Source: a virus (lineage: Duplodnaviria > Caudoviricetes). Taken from it: DNA of 64,000 nucleotides. Below the pieces are notes generated by a model. It did no database searches. It had not been told where the DNA came from and saw only the letters and a list, made by a program, of their open reading frames with translations. The stretch is from positions 18,064 to 82,063 of IMG/VR virus record IMGVR_UViG_2888055400_000002; one strand, 5' to 3'. The position numbers and the translations under genes are program-made. Of the stretch, positions 42,742-52,700 are shown piece by piece. Within the stretch, counting starts at the first letter, position 1. Every line of letters begins with the position of its first letter.

Positions 42742-42963
42742 ATGTTATCGAAGCCCTTTGCGATATCAGAAATAAGCGACCCGTCTCAAGTACGGGTTGT
42801 TTTGTATTCTGGCGAGCGTTTTGTGCATGCCCCGCTTAATGGAATTTTAGAATTACTCAAGGCGGATTTGAAGAGAGAATTTGAAAATAGGATCCGCTCT
42901 CTAGAGGAGCGCATACAAGTTTTAAGCACAGAGTTAGAAGAACTGAAAGAGTGTGGATTTTAA
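42742..42963 (+). CDS. Small coiled-coil phage protein
   Basis: SD GAGG, in operon, heptad-like C-terminus. Confidence 0.55.
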   Translation: MLSKPFAISEISDPSQVRVVLYSGERFVHAPLNGILELLKADLKREFENRIRSLEERIQVLSTELEELKECGF

Positions 42964-42992
42964 AGATCAGTTGAAATTGAGGGAGCAAGACC

Positions 42993-44786
42993 ATGGCGAT
43001 ACCCTATCATACGCATGAGTATCAAGTACCAGCAGCAACGAAAGAAGAGATCATAGAGGGGACCTCTATGGATACGGTTGTTGTTCCTAAGTTGTTAGGG
43101 ACGGCATCTCTTTATGCCTATGAAGCCTTTGCAACGGCAGAGCAGGGTGTCCATGCACAGCAAGCCTCGGAACGTGCAACGGCATTAGCTACGACAGCCA
43201 AGCAAACAGCAGATACAGCGAAAAGAGTTGCGGATGAGGCGAAGGAGTTGGTTGATGCATCTGCGGTCACGGCAGGGCAAGCCGTTCAAACAGTGAATGC
43301 GGTTGTTACAACAGCTAACGAGGCAAAGGCAACAGCAGAGCAGGCATTGGCAGCAGGACGTGATGCAAAAAGCAGTGCAGAGACAGCGGTTAACAACTCT
43401 CAGAGTGCGAATGAAGCAGCTTCCAGAGCAGAGACAGAGGCAACAGCAGCGAAGACCACAGCAGAAGAAGCAAAGCAGTTATCAGGAGAAGCGAAGAGCC
43501 AATCAGAGAATGCAGAGGCGTTAGCACAAGCAGCTAAAAGCGCATCAGACGAAGCGAAGCAAGGAATAGAAACAGCCAAGGCAGAAGTTTCAGGAGCAGT
43601 CTCTATTGCAAGGGAAGCCAAACAAGCGTCTGAAGGAGCAGAGAGAGGTGCCAATGAAGCAAAGCAGATGGCGACAGATGCTAAGGGGACAGCGGATGAG
43701 GTAAAATCAACGGCAGAAGCAGTTAAGAGCTTAGTAGATAAAGCAGTCTCTGATGTGCAAGATGTGAAGAATTCTGTTGCAACAGCGGTAGAAAGTTCCA
43801 ATGAAGCGAAGGCAACGGCAGAAGAGGCAAAGGATGTAGCAGAGAAGGGTAAAGGAACTTCAGAAACAGCGATTTCTACAGCTAATGCAGCAAAGGTTAC
43901 ATCTGAAGATGCCAAACAAAAGGCAGAAGCAGCAGTTTCTAAAGCGGATCAGGCGCAACAGGTTGCGGATGAAGCGAGGCGAGTAGCCAATGAAATGAAA
44001 GCAGTAGCAGAGCAGGCGGTGAGTGTTGAGAGACAAGCAGTGCATGCACTTGATGAGTCTGTTAAGGGATTGGTCGAAGATGCCAAACAGAAGGCAGAAA
44101 CAGCACAGACGTTAGCGCAAGAAGCGAAAGCAACAGCCGGTGAGGCAAAAGAAGTTGCAGATCAGGCTAAGAGTTCATCCGAAACAGCAACAGCGAGCAG
44201 TACGGAAGCTCTCACAACAGCGAATGGTGCAAAAAGCATAGCAGAGACAGCGTCTAGAACAGCTGGTGAGGCAAAGGAAACAGCGTCTAGTGCGCTCTCT
44301 GTAGCCAATGATCTTAAGCAATCGGTTGATCATGTCAAGAATACAGCGGAAGCAGCAAAAAGGACGGCAGAAGGGGCAGAACAGAAGGCATTAACAGTAG
44401 AAACGCTAGCTTCTGAAGCGAAGATGAAATCTGTCGAAGCCAAACAATCTGTAGAAGAAGTGAAGAGCACGGCAGATTTGGCAAAGAATATAGCTGATGA
44501 AGCGAAGCAATCCGGTGATGCAGCGCTCAGTGCAGCAAATGATGCGAAGAGTGCGTCAACGGCAGCTTCAAGCTTGATTGATACTGTAAAGCAAACAGCA
44601 GATGAAGCAAAGGCAGTAGCAGAGCAGGCAAAGGGTGCATCAGAAACGGCGACAGTTACAGCAAATGCATCACAAGAGACGGCATCAACGGCAAAAGCCT
44701 TGGCAACTGAAGCGAAACAAACCGCCGATGATGCCAAGCAAGCCGTTGGCGATGTGAAAGTTATAGCAGAAACAGCGGTAACCACG
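42993..44786 (+). pseudogene. Tail-fibre gene, 5' part (Ala-rich coiled-coil stalk), interrupted by island B
   Basis: Ala/Glu/Lys/Thr repeats stop abruptly at ...ETAVTT; the last 16 residues of the called ORF are read from island sequence. Confidence 0.88.
44776..44786 (+). repeat. attL core / target duplication
   Basis: CGGTAACCACG, identical to 60676-60686. Confidence 0.9.
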
Positions 44787-44788
44787 TA

Positions 44789-44801
44789 CAACACATTGAT
44801 T
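44789..44801 (-). promoter_or_regulatory. IHF consensus site at attL
   Basis: CAA-CACA-TTGATT, the reverse complement of WATCAANNNNTTR. Confidence 0.55.
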
Positions 44802-44962
44802 TATAATGATAATTTGCTGTTTTGCATGTTGAATTAAACCCCCGAATATTGTAAGATTTTCTCATCTCAAATCATCTTATGTTCAATCAATTAAAGTCAC
44901 TTACTTGCACGTCATAAGTGGGGTTATCGTGTGGGTAAAAAACCGTTTAGAAAGGAGTAAAA

Positions 44963-46129
44963 ATGCCTCTTATGAATCGTCTTAATGCAAGGGCTGTCGC
45001 AACATTGGGGGCTGGCAAATATAATGATGGTGCCGGCTTGTTACTTCATAAGCGTAAAGATGGGGGTGCTCAATGGCTTTATCGTTACACCATTCATGGG
45101 CGGCGTCGTGAAATGGGCTTGGGTGCCTTAAGAAATGTCTCTTTAAAAAAAGCCCGTGAATTGGCAACCCAATGGCGTTCTGTTTTACACGAGGGTCGTG
45201 ACCCCATTAAAGAACGTGAGAAGCAAAAACGTGAGGCAATGCGTAATCTGCATTATTTAAAAGATATTGCTTTAGATGCTTTTGAAACGCGTAAAGCTGA
45301 ATTAAAAAATGATGGTAAAGATGGAGATTGGTTTTTACCTTTAAAACTTCATATTCTCCCCCAATTAGGCTGTCTCCCTATTTCAGAGATTACACAAACA
45401 GATATACGCAATACACTTGCTCCCATCTGGCATACAAAAGCTAAAACAGCAGAGAGAGCACTAATTCGCCTTAATATTTGTTTCAAACATGCTGCTGCAA
45501 TGGGTTTGGATGTTGATTTACAGGCAACAGAAAAAGCAAAAGCCTTGTTAGGAAAACAACGCCATAAAGTTAAAAACATGCCTGCTATGGATTGGAAAGA
45601 GATACCGGCTTTTTATCAAACACTTTGCCAAACAACAACCATGACACAATTGGCTTTGCGTCTGCTTATTCTTACGGGGGTTCGTACGAGCCCTTTGCGT
45701 CATATCCATAAAGATCAAATTGAAGGTGATATATGGACCATCCCTGCTGAGAATATGAAAGGAAAACGTGATGCTACAACAGAATTTCGCGTGCCTTTAT
45801 CAACCGAAGCATTAGAAATTTTAAAACAAGCGCGCTTGTTGTCGCGTAATGATTTCTTTTTCTCTGCAACCGGTCGGGGTCCCCTTGGTGAAACTTGTAT
45901 GTCACAATACATGAAAAAAACAGGTCTTGAAGCCTGCCCGCATGGTTTTCGTTCTAGTTTACGCGATTGGCTAGCAGAAACAACCGATGCTCCCTATGAG
46001 GTAGCCGAAACCATTCTAAGTCATGTGGTCGGTGGACAAGTAGAACGTGCCTACCGTCGTACTGATTATCTAGAACAGCGTCGTGTTTATATGGATAAAT
46101 GGGCGGCTTATGTCACGGGGCAATCTTAA
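44963..46129 (+). CDS. P4-family tyrosine integrase
   Basis: Close paralog of 27642..28808 with intact R-K-H-R-H-Y residues; SD AAAGGAG. Confidence 0.95.
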   Translation: MPLMNRLNARAVATLGAGKYNDGAGLLLHKRKDGGAQWLYRYTIHGRRREMGLGALRNVSLKKARELATQWRSVLHEGRDPIKEREKQKREAMRNLHYLKDIALDAFETRKAELKNDGKDGDWFLPLKLHILPQLGCLPISEITQTDIRNTLAPIWHTKAKTAERALIRLNICFKHAAAMGLDVDLQATEKAKALLGKQRHKVKNMPAMDWKEIPAFYQTLCQTTTMTQLALRLLILTGVRTSPLRHIHKDQIEGDIWTIPAENMKGKRDATTEFRVPLSTEALEILKQARLLSRNDFFFSATGRGPLGETCMSQYMKKTGLEACPHGFRSSLRDWLAETTDAPYEVAETILSHVVGGQVERAYRRTDYLEQRRVYMDKWAAYVTGQS

Positions 46130-46132
46130 TAG

Positions 46133-46155
46133 ATGGGGTCTTGTACCCCATTTTT
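46133..46155 (+). terminator. Intrinsic terminator after the integrase gene
   Basis: ATGGGGT-CTTGT-ACCCCAT-TTTT; conserved in island A near 27616-27638. Confidence 0.6.
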
Positions 46156-46349
46156 ATTCCATTATCTGTGGATAACTTTCTCTCTTTGTTCTCTCATTTC
46201 GTTTCAATAAGACTCATAAATTATCAAATGAGAAAATACATCATAAAGTACTGTTTTTTATGAATAAACTTACTTTCCAATTTCAACAAAATATGGTTAA
46301 TAAATGGTTATTGATTTGTTTCCATTTTTTTAGATTGAAAGGATAAGTT

Positions 46350-46550
46350 ATGACTGAAAATGATGTTCTTCTTACAGATCGCGAAAGTGCAAAATTATTG
46401 CATATCAGCGTTTCAACATTCCGCCGTCATGTCACCAATGGATCTTTACCAAAGCCTTTAAAATTTGGTTCTTTATCGCGTTGGTTACAATCGGATTTGA
46501 TGGATGTGATTGAAAAAGCAAAAACGCAACGTCAAAGTGACGCTGCATAA
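46350..46550 (+). CDS. alpA: AlpA-family HTH regulator/excisionase
   Basis: Nearly identical to 27216..27422. Confidence 0.85.
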   Translation: MTENDVLLTDRESAKLLHISVSTFRRHVTNGSLPKPLKFGSLSRWLQSDLMDVIEKAKTQRQSDAA

Positions 46551-46641
46551 AAAAAACCTTGTCACATAAGGATGGACAAGGCTTTCTCTTATAAACCAAT
46601 AAGAATATAGCAAAATCCATCCTGTGACGCAACGTTATAGG

Positions 46642-47545
46642 ATGAAAAAAATGTATAATTCTATAAATGCTCGGGGCATTACAAATGCCTTGCGTGGTGT
46701 CTGGTATGGGGCTTATGGACTAGCCCATTGCCCTGCTCATGATGATAGGTCGCCTAGTTTAGCCATTTCTAATGGAAATGATGGGCGTCTCTTACTTCAT
46801 TGTTATGCTGGCTGCTCTTTTAAAGAGATCATACAAGCTCTCAAAAATATCGGGTTGATTAAAAAACAGGCATGTTTTGATCACAAAACTTCTTGTTACA
46901 ATCTCTCTTTCTCAAAACAGTTTTGTTGTGAAGATAACAAGGCAAAACAGAAAGTAGAGAGAGCACAAAAGATTTGGAAGCAAAGTCAACCGATTAAAGA
47001 GACCTTAGCAGAGCTTTATTTACGCAAGCGGGGCATCACTTGTAACTTGCCTCCCTAGTTTACGCTTTCATAGCAAATGTCCCCATCCCTCTGGAAAAAC
47101 CATCCCCGCGTTGGTTGCTCTTGTTGAGGGTGGTGGCTCCTTTGCAATCCATAGAACCTTTTTACAAGACAATGGCTGCAAAACAGAGCAGTTACCAGCA
47201 AAAGCCATGCTGGGCTCTGTTAAGGGCGGTGCTGTGCCTTTAAGCCAAGCCAATCACCAGCATCTGGTCATTTGTGAGGGAATTGAAACAGGTCTTTCTC
47301 TGCTGTCTGGTCTGTTATCAGAGCCTGTGACTTTATGGGCGTCCCTTTCAACCAGTGGCATGATGCATGTGAATTTATCCCAATGCCAAGCCCATCTCAC
47401 TGTAGCGATGGATGGCGATGATGCGGGTCGTAAAGCAGGTTTTGCCCTTGCTGCCCGTTCTTATAGCCAAGGCTTTAAAGTCTTTATCATGCAAGCTCCC
47501 GAAGGAGCGGATTACAATAATTTCTTATTAAATTATGAAAGGTAA
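46642..47545 (+). pseudogene. Zn-finger + Toprim primase split by a +1 frameshift
   Basis: AHCPAHDDRSPSL...HCYAGC in the first frame; ICEGIETGLS...AMDGDDAG Toprim in the second; the frames join at CCC-TAG 47053-47058. Confidence 0.8.
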
Positions 47546-47550
47546 AAAAG

Positions 47551-49161
47551 ATGAAACAAGATGTGCAAAATAACAATGAAAATATTCCATTAAATGATAA
47601 TGATCACAATAACGACAATGTCTCTTTAAAGAACCATGCTTGTTTACAAGCCATTCCTTATGAAGTGGCATTGCAACAAATTGGTTGGGGCGAATTAAAA
47701 CCAATTAGCAGCGCTCTTTTACCGGTTGTGCCTTTTCAGGCTACACAAGTTCCAACAGCATTGGGAAATTATATTTATGATATTGCTGACCGTCAACAAT
47801 CCCCTGTCGATTTCGTTGCCGTTTCTGCCTTGTGTGGGTTAGCAGCTCTTATTGGTAATGGAATTCGCATAGCTCCAAAACAGCATAGTAATGATTGGAA
47901 GATTGTCCCTAATCTGTGGGGTGCCATTATTGGTAATCCTTCTGCCCTGAAAACACCTGCCATGCAAGCGGCTTTAACACCTATCGCTCACCTGCAAAAG
48001 GAATGGTATCAAGAATGGAAAAAACAAAAAAAACGAGCAAAAATTGAAGAAATTCTTGAGGAGCTCAATCAGAAAGAAAAGAAAAAACAAGCTTCTAAAG
48101 CTCTTAAAAAAGGAGATTCTGAAGCTGCCCGTGCTCTTTTGTCGGAAACCCTTTCTAAAGACAATCAACAAGATGATTGCATCTCTCGTTTTATTGTCAA
48201 TGATACGACGGTAGAAAAGCTTGGGGAATTACTCAATGAAAATCCCCGTGGATTATTGATGATACGCGATGAACTCTCTGGCTTTTTAACAAATATGGAA
48301 CGTAAGGAATATCAAACAGACCGTGCTTTTTATTTAGAAGCTTTTAATGGGGATGGTTATTTTTTCTATGACCGTATTGGGCGTGGAACAATCTACATTT
48401 CCAATGCAACGCTCTCTATAATCGGAACAATCCAACCTACGCGTATTCTCCATTTTATCCGTCATGCTTTATATGGAAAAGGAGATGATGGTTTCTTGCA
48501 ACGGTTTCAAATGATTGTGTGGCCCGATGAAAACCAAGAGTGGAAATGGAAAGATAGACCTCCCTTAAAAGATGCCTATAAAGACTATGAAGAGGTTTTT
48601 CGCTCTTTTCGGGATAAACCTTTGGGATCATCGGAACACCCGATTGTGATGCGTTTTTCTCCCGATGCACAAGAACTCTTTCGTGAATGGTGGGAAAAGC
48701 TTCATAGAGAAATCAGAAGGAATGATCTCTCTGAACCCTTACAAGCATATCTTTTAAAAATGCCCAAAACCATACCAACCCTTGCTTTGATTTTTGAACT
48801 TGTCGAAGGAGGACGTTTTGAAATCACTCTCCCTTCTCTCAAAACAGCATTGCGTTGGGAAAACTATTTGTTGAGTCATGTAAAAAGACTTTATGCTGCC
48901 GGCAATGCATCTGTGCAAGGGTGTGCAAAATTGATTGTAAAGCGTTGTGACTGCTTACCTGATATTTTTACCTTACGTGATATTCACCAACGTCATTGGA
49001 CAGATTTAACAGAGCATAGCATTATTCAAAAAGCTTTGGAGTTGTTATGCCGTTCAAACCACATTCGTGAAATCTCTGGAACGAAAAACCCAACAGGTGG
49101 GCGTCCTACCATACGCTATGAATGGCATCCTTTGATAAAAAACAAGAATACAAGACAATGA
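47551..49161 (+). CDS. DUF3987/YfjI-family replication-associated P-loop protein
   Basis: PNLWGAIIGNPSALKTP, DTTVEKLGELL.ENPRGLL..RDELSG, DRIGRG, GTIQP, DDGFLQRF, C-terminal GGRP. Confidence 0.85.
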   Translation: MKQDVQNNNENIPLNDNDHNNDNVSLKNHACLQAIPYEVALQQIGWGELKPISSALLPVVPFQATQVPTALGNYIYDIADRQQSPVDFVAVSALCGLAALIGNGIRIAPKQHSNDWKIVPNLWGAIIGNPSALKTPAMQAALTPIAHLQKEWYQEWKKQKKRAKIEEILEELNQKEKKKQASKALKKGDSEAARALLSETLSKDNQQDDCISRFIVNDTTVEKLGELLNENPRGLLMIRDELSGFLTNMERKEYQTDRAFYLEAFNGDGYFFYDRIGRGTIYISNATLSIIGTIQPTRILHFIRHALYGKGDDGFLQRFQMIVWPDENQEWKWKDRPPLKDAYKDYEEVFRSFRDKPLGSSEHPIVMRFSPDAQELFREWWEKLHREIRRNDLSEPLQAYLLKMPKTIPTLALIFELVEGGRFEITLPSLKTALRWENYLLSHVKRLYAAGNASVQGCAKLIVKRCDCLPDIFTLRDIHQRHWTDLTEHSIIQKALELLCRSNHIREISGTKNPTGGRPTIRYEWHPLIKNKNTRQ

Positions 49162-49299
49162 AACGATAAGAATTTTCTTTCTTTGATCTTTCAAACCCTC
49201 AAAATCTTAGAGTACCAAGAACAATGGTTCATAAGTTATCTTTGAGGGTTTTGTTTTCTGAACACTCTCACTTTTAAAAACAGAAATACAGTTATTGCC

Positions 49300-49470
49300 A
49301 TAGGTTTTGAGTTTTGAAACTTTGTGTTTAAAGAAAAAAACATTAAAAAATAAAAATATTACTTTTCAATATGTTAAGATTTTTAAAACCCTTAAAAAAC
49401 AACCTATTTCCATAATACAACCTGTAAATACAATTAATGATATATGTTTTGAGGAGGTTTTGAAGTTTTA
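49300..49470 (-). repeat. Iteron-like module (CAAAACC type), inverted relative to 55025-55220
   Basis: Minus strand shares TTGTATTTA.AGGTTGTATTATGGAAATAGGTTGTTTTTT and TAACATATTGAAA (49364-49376) with 55025-55220. Confidence 0.55.
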
Positions 49471-49790
49471 TACCCCCCTTCATACCGTCAAGTGAAATGT
49501 ATCATAAAACTCTTCAAAATTGCATATTTGATCTCTTAAAAGCACATATTGGAGTTATTTCAATTTCCCATAAAATGAATAGCAAATTTCAGTAGTTTAC
49601 TTTTTATAGGCTGTTTATAAACTGCATCTTGATTGCATCTTGTTAAATTTTTTTGACGCATTTTGTAGCTTTTTGGGCGGTTTTCGCCCATTTCAGACTC
49701 GATATTTGTTCTAAATGTATTTAATAAACTCCATTTCGATTCTTTCGAAGTCAATTGATTAATGTCATAAGACTATGGAGTTTCTCTATA

Positions 49791-52700
49791 ATGCTTCAAT
49801 CCCTCAAGTCTGATAACAAACAATCTTCTTTACGCGCTCTTTTACAGTCTTATCGTCAACAGGCAAAATCAAATGCACTAAAAGGAAAAATCTTTGAAAG
49901 TTTTGTGACGAAATATCTTATGTATGACCCTCTTCATTATGGACGATATGAAAAGGTTCAAACCTATTATGAATGGGCTAAAGAGCGTGAGGGTTGGAAT
50001 AAAAATGATATCGGCATTGATTTGGTTGCGAAACTTCGTAATCAAGATGGGTATGTTGCCATTCAATGTAAGTTTTATGAAGCAGACCATCAGATCAGTA
50101 AAAAGGATATTGATAGCTTTATCGCCGCATCTGGAAAAGACATCTTTAAATATCGTCTTCTGGTTGATAGCACGGAAGTAGACTTAAGTGACAATGTGAA
50201 TGCCATGATTAAAGGACAAGCGATACCCGTTTATCGCATTGACCTTCGTCATATGGAAAACAGTCGTATAGACTGGCAAATCTTTGCAACAAAAAAAGAA
50301 GTCGTTCTTAAATCGACAAAAGAACCACGCCCCCATCAAGAAGAAGCAATCAAGAAAGTCTGTGAGGGTTTACAAGAAGCAGACCGTGGCAAGCTGATCA
50401 TGGCGTGTGGAACGGGCAAAACCTTTACCAGTCTTAAGATAGCAGAACAACTAGCCGGAAAAGGCAAGCGTGTTTTGTTTTTGGTGCCTTCTCTTGCCTT
50501 GGTATCACAAACAATACGTGAATGGACAGCGGATGCACAAATCCCATTACGCTCCTTTGCTGTTTGTTCGGATACGAAAGTAGGCAAGCGTCGTAAAAGC
50601 CAAGATGATATTGTTGGTATGGAAACATCAGATCTTGTGCTACCAGCAACAACGGATGCACAAGCACTTGCCAAAGAAGCTTGTGAGAACCTAGCAGATG
50701 CAATGACTGTGGTGTTTTCGACTTATCATTCCATCCAAGTGATTTCGGATGCACAAAAAGATCATGATTTACCAGAGTTTGATCTGATCATCTGTGATGA
50801 AGCTCATAGAACCACTGGGACATCATTAGGAAGTGACGACAATGAATCCGAATTTATCAAGGTTCACGATAACAGCATTATTCGGGGCAAAAAACGTCTG
50901 TACATGACGGCAACGCCGCGCATTTTTAGTGACACTGCCAAAAGGCGTGCGGATGAGATTAATGCCGTTCTAGCTTCTATGGATGATGAAACGCTTTATG
51001 GCAAACAACTGCATCATTATACCTTTTCGGAAGCTGTCGATAATGAACTTTTAACCCCTTACAAAATTGTGGTCTTAGGCATTGATGAAACCTATATTAC
51101 ACCAGCCATACAGGATATTATTGCCAATGAAAACCGTGAAATTGATTTAGATGATGCTGCAAAAATTATTGGCTGTTATAGAGCCCTGACCAAAATAGAT
51201 AAGGAAGCTACTGTTGATGAGAATGATACAGAACCCATGCATAGTGCTTTGGCTTTTTGCAAAGATATCAATACCTCTCAATATATTACAAAGCTCTTCA
51301 ATAAAATTATCAAATCTCATATCAATGATTTCCTTCAAACAGTTCCCTTTCTGAACTGTGAAGTAAGACATATTGACGGAAAGCAAAGTGTCAAAAAACG
51401 CAATGAAGAACTGGATTGGCTTAAAGAAGACACTGGTAAAAATGTTTGTCGGATTTTAAGCAATGTTCGGTGTCTTTCAGAAGGAATTGATGTTCCTGCT
51501 CTTGATGCGATCATGTTTTTACACCCGCGCAATAGCCAAGTGGATGTGATACAGGCGGTGGGGCGTGTGATGCGTCGTGCTCCAAATAAGAAAACAGGCT
51601 ATATCATTTTACCGATTATCATTCCCTCACACTTAGAAGCTAAAAAAGCTTTACGAAACAATAAGAGATATCGTGTTGTTTGGCAAGTTTTGCATGCTTT
51701 ACATTCCCATGATGAAAGGTTTGCTAGGACGATTAATCAAATGTCTTTAGGACAAGATAGCAGTCATACGATTGAGATTATAGAGATTAAGCGTGCCAAT
51801 GAATTACAAGAGCTCACCACAACTGTTGATGAGATCTCGATACAGGCAAAAGCAGAAAGTTCTGGACGTACCATAGGAACAGCAGAAAGCAAATCTCAAA
51901 CGTGGTATAAAGAGCAACAAGACTTATTCCGCCATTCTAATTTTTTTGATTTTGTCAAAGCCATTTTTCTGGATAGTTTTAAAATCACGGATTATTGGGG
52001 CATTTGGGCGAACAATGTTGCTGAGATTGCTCAAAACCATATCGTTCGTCTTCAAAACATGCTCTCTGATGAAACAAGTGAAGCCTATCATGCCTTTAAG
52101 AGCTTTTATCTCGAATTAAAGAGCAACATAAACAGTGATATCAAACAAGATGAAGCTGTTGAGATGCTTGCTCAACATCTTGTGACGCGCCCTGTGTTTG
52201 AAGCTTTGTTTGATGGCAATGAATTTGTCCAAAACAATACCATTTCACAAGCAATGGACAAAATACTCATTGAACTCGATAAAACGAATATCGAAGAAGA
52301 GTTGAAAGATCTTGATAAATTTTACAAAAGTATCACGTTCTGTACAGCAGGGATTACCGAACCCCATGCAAAACAGAACCTTATTATCAAGCTTTATGAA
52401 AGTTTTTTTACCAAGGCATTTAAAAAGACAACAGATAGGCTTGGCATTGTTTATACCCCTGTTGAGGTTGTGGATTTTATTATTCATTCCGTTGATGATA
52501 TTTTACGCAAAGAATTTGGCAAGAGTTTAGGATCACGTGGTGTTTCTATTCTTGACCCCTTTACGGGAACAGGTACCTTTATCACACGGCTTTTACACTC
52601 TAATCTCATAAAACCGGAAGATATGGAGTATAAGTTCCGTTATGACATCCATGCCAATGAGATTGTCTTGCTCGCTTATTACATAGCAGCGATTAACATT

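Noticed and set aside
42993-44837. Stand-alone 614-aa TolA-like or adhesin protein
   Set aside because: The C-terminal 16 aa come from island DNA; it is the 5' half of the split tail-fibre gene
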